Source: Chrysomallon squamiferum | Lineage: Eukaryota > Animalia > Mollusca | DNA length: 64,000 nt | NCBI GenBank assembly: GCA_012295275.1 | Contig: CM022678.1 | Location: forward strand, 19,778,001 to 19,842,000 | Direction of reading: 5' to 3' | Shown here: positions 49,358 through 63,823 of the stretch, one piece after another | How positions within the stretch are numbered: position 1 is the stretch's first letter | Layout of the letters: each line of letters begins with the position of its first letter | Program-made: the position numbers and the translations under genes | The notes under the pieces: model-generated | Seen by the model: only the letters and a program-made list of their open reading frames with translations | Database searches by the model: none | Told to the model about the DNA's origin: nothing

Positions 49358-50141
49358 AACTTAGTGTGCAGACTGTTGAAAGCCGTCCAAGCGAGTTGTT
49401 AGTTACTGAGAAGAGAGAGAGAAAGATGGAGAGATAGAAAGAGGGAGAGATAGAAAGAGGGAGAGATGGAAAGAGGGAAAGAAAGGGGATAACAGGCGAG
49501 AGAGAAAGAGAGATCGAAAGAAAAGGAGTAATTTTTGTGAGTGAAAGAAACGATGAAGAAAGTATATGAATAGATGCATGTATGTCTGTACGTATGCATA
49601 TATGTATGTATGTGAGAATCTATGTTTGTGCGTGTGTTATAAGTATGTGTGTGTGGCTGTGTGTGGAGGTTTGCATGGCGTTTTATATATACATATATGT
49701 GCAAAAAACACACGTGTGTGTTTGCGTGAATATATATATATATATAAATATATAAATATATATATGTCTTGTGGGGATTTTGTGTGTGTGTGCGCATGTG
49801 TCTGTGTGTCTAATTTTAATCGCAAACAGATCTGTCAGTATTAGGACAGGTGTGAAATTAGTGGACGAGGCTAAAAAAAAAACTAAAAACTTAATCTCTC
49901 CTCTTCCTGTATAATTAGAAAATGTTCAACAATCTCAGACATAAGTAGCTGAGATTTCGACCTTTACAGAATCAGTAAAAACGAAATTGGGTTGTTAGTA
50001 ACAGGTTGAAAATTGGCTTCTATCTTTTAACTCACACCGAGAAATGCGTAGGTGAGATTTTCTAATCTCCGAAATAAGCCGAATTATCATTTAAACAGAA
50101 TTAGCTCTTCGTCACCCGGTGTCGACGATTTTCTTTCGCTG

Positions 50142-50172
<31 letters not shown>

Positions 50173-50271
50173 ATTTTTTGTTGTTGTTGTTGTTTTGTTA
50201 ATTATTATTGTTATTATTTTATTGTTGTTGTTATTATTGTTGTTGTTATTATTGTTTGTATGCTGTTGTTG

Positions 50272-50312
<41 letters not shown>

Positions 50313-50429
50313 GATTGTTGTTGTTGTTATTGTTGTTGTTGTTGTTGTTGTTGTTGTGGATTATTATTGTTATTGTTATTATTATTATTATTCTCATTAT
50401 TATTGTTATTACTATATTTATTATTATTG

Positions 50430-50461
<32 letters not shown>

Positions 50462-51447
50462 GTTGTTGTTGCTGTTCTTATAATGTTGTTGTTTTATCGT
50501 TTACTTTATACACACATACATACACACACATGAAGATATATAAACAGATACATAGAGATATGGATATTTCTGTCTTATTTTTTTTCTGTATATGTGGTCA
50601 AAAGCATTACCTATTTTTATAAAATGCACCTGCAACCTGCATTCATTAACATAATCATATAAATAATATAAATAACAACACAAACACACACACACACACA
50701 CACACACATCAACGCACACCCAAGTATGCACATACCCACATGCACGGAAATACATTTTCTTCATATCTTTCATTCGTTCTTTACTATATCACCATTCATT
50801 CTTTTTTTTTTTTTACAATTTTCTTTTCTTTTTACATTCTTTCTTTCTTCCTTTCAACCTTCTTTCTTTCTTATCGTAAATATTCGTTCGTCATTTCTAC
50901 ACTTTCAAATATCCCTTTCACTTTTTTTTTTTTGTATTCCTTCTTCTTTCTATTTCTTTTTTCCATTCTGTCTTTCTCTCTAAGCAGACTAAACAAACCC
51001 TCGTTACGGTTGACTGGTCTCATTAGTCCCCTCTTCAGCGGCAACGTATGACTGAACTTTGCTGTTTGATTCAACTGTATTAAAACTTGGTCGAAAAATT
51101 ACAGTGTTTCCCACAAACACCAAAAATTACTCAGATTACCTTCTCTCCGAAAATCGATTTGATCAACTCAAATTAAAGTGCCTGGGCAAATCAGTTAGAA
51201 AGATATTTTTCTAAATTTTCTTTTCGTTTGGATTGTAATGAATATTTTATTTTCTTATTATTATTATCCGTTTTTTTTTTTATTTTGGTTTCAAAGTATT
51301 ATTATTATTATTTTTTTTTTTTTTTTTCGCATATTTTTATTTTTATTTTTTATTGCTATTTATTTAGTATTTGTTTCTTTTTAGCTTTTTTGTGTCTGCG
51401 TTTCAATTCTTTTCGTTATCTTTCTGTCACACTTTCTTTTTGTCTGG

Positions 51448-51536
<89 letters not shown>

Positions 51537-52149
51537 CTCTTTCTTTTTCTGTCTCTCTAGTTATTTGTCAATCTATCTATCTATGAATCTGTCTGTTTAT
51601 CTATATAAATATCTGCGTATAAATCCATCTGTCTGGCTATCTATCTGTCTATCTATTTATCTATCTCTCTATCTTTAATTTTATATATTTATTCATCAAA
51701 CTAGCAATCACCAAAAAATATTAGAACATAAACCAACATCAACATTTACATTAATGTAATTATATTTAAATTCAAAAAAGATCATGCATATTTACAAAAA
51801 TATCATCAAATAAATTATTAATACTTTAAAAACAAAAGTAGCAGTAATAGAAGTAATAATAGGAAAAATAAATCAAATGATGATGGTAATAAAAAATGAC
51901 GATAATGATGATGATAGCAATAATAACACTATGATGATGACAATGTTGAAAATGATGACGATGATGATTACGTTAACAATAACAAGGAGAAGAAACGTTT
52001 TTGACGTAATTTAAATAACTTACTTTCACCTACGTGTTTGTTCACGTTTGTAAAAAAGTGCAAATATGTCAGTGACGTGTTTTGTTCGTGTGTTCTGTAA
52101 ATTTAAAAACAAGAAATTGCCGTAAAGGAAATTACATCTGTAGGTTGTT

Positions 52150-52188
<39 letters not shown>

Positions 52189-52687
52189 TACCACGCACCT
52201 ATCTGCAGTCAATAATTAGTCTCGACATAAAATAACATATCATTATCATCATTATCAACATCATCAATGTTATCGTCACCATTATCATTATCAATATCAT
52301 CATTATTGTTGTTATCATTATCATTATCATCATTTTCTTTAGCATTACTATAATCAGTATCGTTATTGGTATTACTATCATTATCAACATCATGATAATT
52401 ATTTTCGCTGTTAATGTAATGAAGTGGTAAAATACAATTTCTAGACTGTCTCTCAAACCAGTAAACATTCACAGAGGAAAATTCATTAATATGCACAAAC
52501 CAAAAACATATACACAAACGAACGTACATACACTCATAGTTACAAACACCCTATACACATATAGAAAAATATCATATACAGAATAATAATAATAACAAAA
52601 ATAATAAAATAATAATAATAATAATTATAATAATAATAATAATAATAATAATAGCAATAATAATAATAATAATAATAATAACAATAA

Positions 52688-52720
<33 letters not shown>

Positions 52721-52883
52721 AACAATAAAATAATAATAATAAATAATAATAATAATAAATAAATAAATAAACAATAAACAAACAAACAAATAAACAAACA
52801 AATAAATATACACAAATACAAACATAATAAAATAATAATAATAATAATAATAAAAACAATAAAATAATAATAATAATAATAGC

Positions 52884-52937
<54 letters not shown>

Positions 52938-54661
52938 AATAAATAAGCAAACAAACTAACAAACAAACAAACAAATAAATAAATCTACACAAACACAAAC
53001 ATGCATACAGAAAGACACATCCGAGAAAACCACTGACAATCGCAGATAACTAAATATAGACAGCTTTGTCTATTTATAACGGTTTTGTTAATGCAGTTAG
53101 GAGTTCGTTTTATCAGGAACATTTACTTGTACAAATTATGTTGTACTGAATTTAGTAACTCAGATTAGCTAAGCTATAAATATTTATTTAAACGTATTTA
53201 GAATTCTAAAGAGTCAGGATGTGTTTAATTTGTAAACGTCTTAGATTAGAACGAGTTAAAATAAGATCCAGAGACATTAGTGAGATAGAAATAAAGAAAA
53301 AGAAAAAAGTGTTTTATTATTAGTAGTAGTAGTAGTAGTAAAAGTAGTAGTAGTAGAAGTGGTGGTAGTGGTAGTAGTAGTAGTAGTGGTAGTAGTAGTA
53401 GTAGTAGTAGTAGTAGCAGTTGTAATACCTGTATGATATTTATTTTTATTATTTTTGTTATTTTTATTATTTTTTATTATTACTAGTAGTAGTAGTGGTA
53501 GTATTTTTTATTATACTTACATTATGATTTTTATTATTTTTATTATTACAAGTGGTAGTATTAGTAGCAGCAGCAGTAGTAACAGTAGTAGCATGCTGAT
53601 AAAACATTACAGAGCATACGTTTTAGAAGTTTAACTGTACTTTGGAGGTATAGTTCCAGTGCAGTTGTAGTGTCATTTTTAAAACTAACACTATATTACG
53701 TCAAAATATTCAGACATTGCATCATTAGAGCAGATTATTTCAATAAAAGTCTGATAGGTAAATAAATAAATTCTAGTGGTAGCTATGGTAATAATAAATG
53801 TAGTAATAACAGAAGTAGTAGTAGTAGACGTAGTAGTAGAAGTAGTAATAGCAGTAGTAGTAGTAGTAGCAGTAGTAGTAGTAGTAGCAGTAGTAGTAGT
53901 TCTTGCCGTTTTTGTTGTTCTATGTGACTAGCAGTAGTAATACTAATAAAGGTAATAATAAATTAAGTATTAATGATGGTAGTAATAGTAGTAATAGTAG
54001 TTATTCTCAAAACCTTTATAAAATAGATGACGAAAATAAGAACACATATTTTTTTTTAAATATTATTTTGCAAACTAACAGAATCAAATGTGTTTACGTT
54101 GTTGCTGATGATGTCGCTTCTCCTAAATGTCACTATGACACGTGACCTCGCTGTTGTCGTTTAACAATAACAAAGTAAACGAAGACGTCGTTTCGATTAA
54201 TTAGCTTACCTTCTATTACCTTCTGCTCATGTTGCAGACGCTGCTGTTATTTGCGAAGACGCTGGTGCCGTCGGCGTTGTCGTATAAAAATGCCTGCTGC
54301 TGTTGTAACAGAAGCAATTAACGTTGTAGTCGGCGTATTCTGTTTCTTCGAAAATAGGTTGTGATCGAAAGCAGACGAAATGAAAATAACACTTTATTTC
54401 CGCGATGCTTTTAATTTTCCTTCGATGCGTCGTAAACGCGAGTTTTATATTAAGAAGAAAAATTGTATTTTCGACAATAATCTGCCTCGCAGTGGGAAGT
54501 GTCGGTGAAAGAAACAGAAATCTATTTTAGTCGGGTCTGAATCAGATCGGTTCACCGGATATGTTGTTTGGGAGTATTGACACAAAATAACTGAAATGGA
54601 TCGTCTTTGACACACACACACACGCACACAATGGATCGTCGCACACACACACACGCACACG

Positions 54662-55319
<658 letters not shown>

Positions 55320-56168
55320 GGGGTAACTGGCACGAAATCCGCTATTTAAACAAACCCACTTTTGTCATAAACAACGTTAGTCTGAAATCTCTAAATCAAC
55401 GACACACAGAGAGAATTTTTACAGTTTCGTGCGATGTTGTTAATAAAGAGACCGAGTAATGGCGATATTTGTCTAACTCGCGTTCGAAGCGCAGTACACT
55501 GGTTCTAATTAACCCCTGGAAACGAAGGCCGTAGACTGTGTGCTCGGTCGGAAATGGGTCGCCCCTGTTTAATGAGCTTGTTTTGACAGGCAGATCATAA
55601 AACGGAATACTGACCTTTGTTAAAGACGCAGGGTCGGGTGAAGCGTGACCTCAGTCGAGACGTAAGTAAGAATATTAAATATAACGACAATAGCAGTGAC
55701 GTTTTTATTTGTAATAATTCATAACGAACAAAACCACGAACGTCATGACGTCACACAAGGATGACGTACGTTATGTTATTTATTTTGTACGTACTTTACA
55801 AACGATCCGCAAATGAAATGACGTCAGTTAATAGATGAGAAATAAATAATAATAATTTTCAGAAAGCACTAAAATGTAAACATGTAATCTCTCTATCTTT
55901 GTGTTTATACATCTGTTTCTCTGTTTATCTGTCAAAATATAGTATATATATTATTTGTCTCTCTTTTTTTTTTCTCTTTTTATCTATATCTGTCTGTGTC
56001 TAATTATCTGTCATTCTCTCTTTCTATCAATTTATCTACCAGTCTATCTATCTATCTAGCTTTGTATATAATTTATCTATAATACTGTCTATTTTTCTAT
56101 CAATCTTTGTACTTTTGTATTTATCTGTCAGTATGTCGGTCTATATGTCAATCTATCGTTTTATCGCT

Positions 56169-56278
<110 letters not shown>

Positions 56279-57075
56279 CTCCCTGTCAGCAAGTCTGGTT
56301 CGTCCATCAGTGTTTCTCTCTTCCAGCCTAACTAAACATCTGTCTCTAATTATACACAGTCCAGATCTCTCACTCTCTCTCTCTTTCCACGCCAGCTAGT
56401 TTGTATATTAAAACATCGCCCGCTAAACTCAACGACCACGACGTCAGCTTCAGGCAACACAGCCCCGGAAGTAAACACGCCCGTTTCACATTGCAGTAAT
56501 TAGACAACGACGTCGATGTTGATTCCTGCGTGCAGTCTGAAACTGCCGTGAGCTACGGCGTCAGTTATAAGAAGACGACTCCGATACTCACGGGTAACTG
56601 GAAGTTTGAGGGAAAAAAACTGTAAACTGTTCAACTGTGTAAAACTGCTACGTGTGTTTTACCGTTTAACTCTTTGAGCGTTAGTTTACGTGCCGTTACG
56701 TTCAGAAGTTAAGAAAATATACTGTTCTATTTATTTATTTATTTATTCATTTATTTGTTTGTTTGTTTGTGTATTTATTTATTTATTTAGTTAGTTAGTT
56801 AGTTACTTATTTGCTTGTTTATTTGGCTGCTTGTTTGTTTTGATTATTTATTTGTTTATGTTTGTTTGCTTGTTTCTTTACATATTTATTTATTTCTTTA
56901 TCTGTCTATTTCTTTAATTGTTTGTTTATTTATTTATTTATTTATATTTTTGTTTTGTATTTATTTATTTTACAAAACATAGAATTCAGTTTGAAAAGTG
57001 AAAAAATAAACGATTCATGGAAAATAATAATAAAATAAATAAAAATACATTGATAAAGATTATTAGTCTTCTTCT

Positions 57076-57158
<83 letters not shown>

Positions 57159-58337
57159 ACCTTCTAAGTAATAAATAAAAGTGCAGAATATGATTTGTCA
57201 GAAACATCAGACTTTGATGATATTAATAGACTAAGTTGTATAATTTGATGGACGTCTTGTATTACAGTGTTTAATGGATATATGCACACACGGTACAAGG
57301 GCATAGAAAGTTAACATATCGATCTACACAGAAACACACATTTAAATATATATATATATATATATAAAGCATATATGAGAGTATTCGTATATTCGTTCAT
57401 TGGTTAAAATTATAAATCTACTGTTTTTGATGATGCTGATAATTGTTCGTATTGATAATGTTGTTTTTGTTAATGTTGTTATTGTTGTTGTTGTTGTTGT
57501 TGTTGCTATTATTATTATTATTGCTGCTGCTGCTACTGATATTGTTGTATTCTCATTATCATAATCATCATTGTTAGCATTGTTGATGTTGTCATGATCG
57601 TCAACATCATCATTATTTTTGTTATTGTCATTCAATTATTTATTAATTAATTATTTTTATTAGTAGTAGTAGTAGTGGTAGTAGTAGTAGTAGTAGTAGT
57701 AGTAGCAGCAGCAGCAGCAAAAGTCGTAATAATAAAATTTGTAGAAGTTGTTGTTGTTGTTGTAACAGTAGAAATGTAGCTGTAGTTAACGTTGATGATG
57801 TTTTCTTCTCAGTATTTTAAATTTTCATTTTGCTGTCGTTGCTGCTGCTGATGGTTCAACCACCTCAACGACGTCGTCGTATTACCAGAAAGAAAAAGAA
57901 AGAAAAAAAAACCACACTGCATTACTCCATTACTCGCTTTCACGTCAATAACTCTTCCCCGATCTGCTACGAAACGAACACACGGAAAAACTCCGGCTCG
58001 CTAAGACGCTGCCGTGACGTCACAATCGATCTATAAATAGCCATGGCGGATATTTCTAGAATCCACTGGAGCAAAAATAACGCAGAACGTTCAGCGATCG
58101 CCGGTCTTAGTTAGGGTTTCTGACTTTATTTGTGTTCTCTGCTGCTGGGTTTTCACTTCTCCTTTAAGAGGATTTTTTTTTTTTTTTTTTTTTTTTTTCC
58201 ACGGAGATAATTAAATGTTGGACGAGCTTATGTCCTCCAAGCCGAGTCTGTACAAAGATTTGCAAGTTTGACAAGCTGCAGTGTTAATCTGGTTGTTTGT
58301 GTTAGTGTGCTTTAATATAGTTTTCGGTTAATGAAGT

Positions 58338-58384
<47 letters not shown>

Positions 58385-58545
58385 CACAATTTAATAGATA
58401 TTTTTGTTAATGTGGCAGTAAATAACAGTATGTATGTTTGTGTGTTAATAGACAGAGAGATATAGTTTGGGAGACAGACGGATAGATAGATAAACTGACA
58501 TACAGAGATACAGACAGACAGACAGACTCGACAGAGAGATTATTA

Positions 58546-58745
58546 TCAACTGTATTAAAAAAAAACATCACATTTTACTTTATTAAATATGTTATTTTAT
58601 TAAAAACAAGATAACCGTACTGTTTTTAAATTTTATTCAAGAAAAATCATCAACTGTATTTTAAACATCACCTTTTACTTTATTAAATATTTTATTTTTA
58701 TTAAAAACAAGATAACCGTACTGTTTTTAAATTTATATTCAAGAA
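58546..58745. repeat. Tandem duplication of a ~100-bp AT-rich segment
   Basis: TCAACTGTATT...CATCAC.TTTTACTTTATTAAATAT...TTAAAAACAAGATAACCGTACTGTTTTTAAATTT..ATTCAAGAA occurs twice in succession. Confidence 0.9.
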
Positions 58746-59053
58746 TTTGAGTGGTGTCAAAATTATTATTTTAAAATAGCTGCGTTAATTTGGTTGTGTT
58801 ATTATATGATTGTGTTGTTATGTGATTCTGTAGTAATATGACTGCATCAGTACAGATGAAATACTTATTGATATATTGATGTGGCGGTGTCGATACGTTT
58901 GTCTGTTTGATTGTATTTTAATATCACTGACTGTTACTCAGTTTACTTGACCAATAAACGACTGATTTTTTATTGTGAGTTCACGTTTTAATGTGCACGT
59001 GCACCATTTCTTATCAGCCTATTCAGAAATTGAAAATTTGGAAAATTTATCAC

Positions 59054-59268
59054 TGACGGTCTGGCATCAATTGAAATCACGTGATCATCTGAGGATCTGC
59101 CATTATGGGGGAATCACATGATAATATCTGACGGTCTGGCATCAACAAAAATCACGTGATCATCTGAGGATCTGCCATTATAGGGAAATCACGTGATAAA
59201 TAACTGACGACCTAGCATCGTTCTGAATCACGTGATAATGACCTGACATCGATAAGAATCACGTGACG
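59054..59268. repeat. ~37-bp monomer / ~74-bp dimer tandem repeat carrying ATCACGTGAT E-boxes
   Basis: CTGACGGTCTGGCATCAA...AATCACGTGATCATCTGAGGATCTGCCATTAT occurs twice, followed by degenerate copies. Confidence 0.85.
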
Positions 59269-59640
59269 AGCTGGCTTGTATTCGTGTTTATCCGGAATGC
59301 GCGAGGAAGTCTGTTACGTAACGTTCAGCAAATTCACTTAGCTGGTTCGCCTGCAACAAGGGAATTCTAATTGTGCATTATTTATTACCGTCTTTCTTCT
59401 TGTGAGGTCAGGCTCAATCTGGTTACAATTAAAGAGAAAAGATGACTTAACCAAAACAAATTGAATAAAGCCATTTGTTTAGCCCGCATTCGCGGTGTTT
59501 GTGTAGAAAACGTTTTGTCAACATGTTGCTTACGTCACAACAGGCTGAAAAACAAGCAGCGACTCAACGAGCTGGTTGTAAACAAGTTTGTGGCGTAAAT
59601 AAACCTTACATTTAATAATTACCTAACTAGGTAAGACTCT

Positions 59641-59671
<31 letters not shown>

Positions 59672-60036
59672 ACTTCTTTCTTTTTTCTTTTCCATTCTTT
59701 TTGTTTGTTTGTTTTTTCCATTGTTATTATTTTACTCTTTTTTTTTTTTTTTTTTTCTGTTTTATTTTTTATTTATTTTTGTTATTTTCGTTTTTATAAG
59801 GTTTTTTCTTATTTTTTTTTTTTTTTTGTAATAATAGTGGCACTAGTAGGAATAGTTTCTTGAAAGAAAGTGTTTTTGTTTGTTTGTTTCAAAGACAAAG
59901 AAGATGATGAAGTATTGAAAAAGAAGAAGAAAACAATTATTGTGATGATGATGATGGTAATGGTGATGAGTTAGAAGAAGAATATGGTTTCAGTAAAGAA
60001 AAGGTAAAAAAAAGAAGGACATGAGAAGGTAAATTT

Positions 60037-60127
<91 letters not shown>

Positions 60128-60206
60128 TATTCTTAAAATATAATAATACAAATTTTTCATACATAACAAAATCTACTTTAATAAAACAAAACACAAACAC
60201 ATACAG

Positions 60207-60237
<31 letters not shown>

Positions 60238-61671
60238 TGTAAAAATACACAGACAGACACACTGAAACACATCCACAATTAAATTTATATTTAACACACA
60301 AAAAAAAAAAAAAAAAAAAAGTAAAAATATGTAGTAACCGAGATATTCGTATATTTCCGCAGACTTCTGTCGATTATTACCGAAAACGGTCGTTTTGTTT
60401 ATTTAATACATCCCTTTCTTATAAATCAGAAGTCGTCTTCTCAGTGAGACTTGCACGTGCTGGTCACTCCAGTCCCCAAAGTTTCACGATGACGACAAAC
60501 GTGACCTGCTATGACGTCATACGACCTTACAACGACACGCTGGATAGATTTAACAACATTAATATTACCTTCGAGTTGCAGTTTGTAATCTGTATTTACA
60601 TAGAAATGTGCTGGACGTTTTCCCCTACCAGCAGACACAAATCACATTTGATATTTCAGTGGTCACATTTGTCATCGCATTAAATCTTTTCTCCTCTCTC
60701 TATTTCCCCATACGCACGAATTACTGCTTAAGACTGTTCTGAGAGGGATCGTAAATATGACTATTATTACTAACTCCTGGAAATCACCATATCTGTTTCT
60801 AGTAATCATCTTACTGCAGTTTTATATATATATAGAGAGAGAGAATATATATATATATATATAAACAGATAGATAGATCGATAGAGAGATAGATTGGTTG
60901 GATGGATGAATGGATGGATAGAGACAGAGAGATAGAAAGAGAGACAGACAGATATATCTATAGATTCAGATAAATAAATAGAATAAGCAGATATAGATAG
61001 AGAGAAAGAGAAATAGACAGATAGAGACCGATAGCTAGGGAGAGAGACAGACAGACAGACAGATAGACAGACAGACAGATAGACAGGCTGACGAATGATC
61101 ATTAAGAAAATTTTAGTCATCACGTTTTATTTAATTAAATATTTTACTTTATAAAAGACAAACGGTACTGTTTTCAAATTTTATTCTTCAATTTAGAGTA
61201 AGCACTAAATGTAATCATAAAGACTCATAACATCAGTTTATGTTGGTACGAGTGATACAGACAGAATCCAAACACAACAGACAGAAATGAAACAGTACAG
61301 ACAGTTACCTACTGAGTCAAACAGAGGCCAATCCTGAATTCTAGAGAGAAAAAAGGGTGAGAACACCAAGATTATTACGTTTAATATAAAATACTTTTCA
61401 TCAGGAAGGAATCTGGTTTTCTAAACCCTCCTCTTAATCAATGTTTGAGATACATGTACTTGTTTAATTAGGAAAAGATTAATAATAATAAAAAGTAAAG
61501 ATGATACGTCGTGTTTTAAAAATGACTTAATAACATATTTGATTCTCTAACTACGTAATTTTCTGACATGACGTGACAGTTATGCTATTTATAGAAAATA
61601 TTGAAAACAATCAATTTTTTAAACATTCTACGTATTTTAGAATGATAAAATACAAAATACAACAAATAATT

Positions 61672-61790
61672 TCTAATATTATTTAAAATGAAATGTATAG
61701 TTCAAATATTATTTTGCATGAAATGTATAACTCAAATATCATTTAGTATGAAAAGTATAATTCAAATATCATTTTGGATGACAAATGGTT
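61672..61790. repeat. ~30-bp tandem repeat, about 4 copies (TCAAATATCATTTAGTATGAAATGTATAA)
   Basis: Direct inspection. It lies just downstream of the PEBP stop codon. Confidence 0.75.
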
Positions 61791-62012
61791 TTCTAAAATT
61801 GTCCAATACAAACATATATTTTATTTAAATTATAATGAATATAACATTACTTTTTTTTACATGAAACATAAGTTTCTAATAATTTAGCATAAGGTATAAT
61901 ACACTAAAACTGTACTGCTTTTCATATAAAATTCAGTTTCTTATGGTACTTCCAAACTTACTTCTACAACAACAACAACAACAACAATAATAATAATAAT
62001 AATAATAATAAC

Positions 62013-62044
<32 letters not shown>

Positions 62045-62191
62045 AAAGAAAGTAATCAATTCATTATTGATATTCCTGTGGTTGTTCTTAAATTGTTTTT
62101 GCTGCTGTTGTGGATGATGTTGTTGAAATCACAGATCAGAGACTGATTGTCTAATCTTGTAGTTGTAATCGAGACTAGCCGGATGAGATCA

Positions 62192-62441
62192 TCAACTGTA
62201 CAGAAACGACGTCATCCACAACACAGATGTGACCAAGATAACGTTTGCAACGACGCGGGCGCTTCTGGAATAAGGACACGGGATGGCAAATCCGGGTACT
62301 TCTTTGCAGATTTCACAACGAGGCATCCCGAGGTTGACGTAGACGTGTCGGACGTATTCGTCATGTTCCGTAACAAACCAGCTCGCGCCAACAACCTTCA
62401 AACCGTGATTAATGACCAGATCATTCATGGAGAAGCGACAT
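62192..62441 (-). CDS. PEBP-domain protein, terminal coding exon with hydrophobic C-terminal tail
   Basis: Acceptor tttatag|A at 62442/62441 completes the Arg codon AG|A. Reads CRFSMNDLVINHGLKVVGASWFVTEHDEYVRHVYVNLGMPRCEICKEVPGFAIPCPYSRSARVVANVILVTSVLWMTSFLYS, with stop TGA at 62192-62194. RF..F/L...HGL..VGA.WF resembles the PEBP C-terminal strand. Confidence 0.9.
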
Positions 62442-62477
62442 CTATAAATAAATAAATAAATAAACCAATATGTTGTC

Positions 62478-62508
<31 letters not shown>

Positions 62509-62604
62509 GCAGCAAACAGCAACAAAAAAAAAAAACAAAAAAAAAAAAAATTAAATATATAAATATAAAAAATAAAAAAAACGAACGAAATATTTACAAG
62601 TTAC

Positions 62605-62869
62605 CTCCCCTTAAACGAGCAATTATACTGTCCATATTGAGCGACCTCTAGTGGATCTAACTCATAGTTCTGTTCAAAGACCATGAAGTAGTAAGTGTGA
62701 GGGTTGCCCGGTGGGGGCGTGGGGCCGATGTACGAAAGCACTTCCTGTCCGTTTTGCACATGACCGGAACCGATGTTAACGATTAGCCAGTGGATGAACG
62801 GAACTTCCGCGTTTCCGAACTCTTCAAACGGAACATCCGGGTCTATTAGAGCCAGCGTGAGAATCTTGT
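62605..62869 (-). CDS. Phosphatidylethanolamine-binding protein (PEBP/RKIP) domain core exon
   Basis: Acceptor ttacag|AC at 62870/62869 and donor AG|gtaact at 62605/62604. 265 nt. Contains the PEBP motifs TLALIDPDVP (DPDxP), HWLIVNI and YIGPTPPPGNPHTYYFMVFEQ. Confidence 0.95.
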
Positions 62870-63304
62870 CTGTAATTAGAAAAAAAAACAGTGAATTAAA
62901 AACCTGAGGCAAGTGCTGCTCTGCAATTTCAGATATATGTAAGTAAATGTTATTTTTATTATTACCGTTCTCATTTAAAATGTGTTGTTATTATTATTGC
63001 TTTTGATTTTTCTTGATTTATTTTTGTTGCTTTTTTTATTTTTTATTATTAACATTAATGTATTTGGTATAGCTATTAATCGTTGTGTTCTTTCTTTGAG
63101 TTTTCATTCTCATTATCATTATTATTATCATCATCATCATCATCAAGCCCGTCCATTTTAATATTAACATTTGTTATTATTCTTATTACTTCTGCTGTCG
63201 AAGTAAACCTAACAGCAGTCGTAGTTTCATGCTGTGATGATGATGATGATGACGATGTTTTTAGTGCATTGTTTTTAATATTTAATAACGCATTCTGTGT
63301 TTAC

Positions 63305-63429
63305 CTCTGAAATCCCTGCTCACACTTGGAAAGGTCGTTGCCATGGAGAGGTCAACAAAAGGATACGTTCGACCGTGCACCGACTTCACAACTGCATTGC
63401 CCAGAGGATTCACCTCGAGTTCTCTCCCC
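63305..63429 (-). CDS. PEBP-domain protein, internal coding exon
   Basis: Acceptor gtacag|G at 63430/63429 and donor AGAG|gtaaac at 63305/63304. 125 nt, phase 2 in and phase 1 out. Reads GRELEVNPLGNAVVKSVHGRTYPFVDLSMATTFPSVSRDFR, and phases match both neighbours. Confidence 0.87.
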
Positions 63430-63646
63430 CTGTACGTTATTATTACTCATTTGAATTTGGATAAGGCATATACAATATTAATTCATTTTTGTTTTTAACA
63501 ATATAAAGTTTTGACCCTGATGTGTATGGTTAGTTCATGTCTTTATTAATATGTCTGTAAGTTTGTCTTTATGTTTGTGTACACCTGCACGTCTGATGTG
63601 TATGTTTATATTTATTCATTAATGATTGTGCATATTGATATACAAC

Positions 63647-63680
<34 letters not shown>

Positions 63681-63823
63681 TAATAATACCAATAATAACC
63701 ATAACAACAACAACAATTTTTTGGTTAATACCATGACGTTTCTTTTTTTTTTGAACAGATATAGTTAAAAGCAATGGACAGTTCATGTTACGTTATATGA
63801 CGTCACAGTGACGTAATACATAC

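Noticed and set aside
60444-60683. ORF with three N-glycosylation sequons followed by a hydrophobic patch (GPCR N-terminus-like)
   Set aside because: It is short, stops soon after, and has no further TM exons or recognisable family motif.
62147-62455. 102-aa plus-strand ORF
   Set aside because: Antisense shadow of the PEBP terminal exon.
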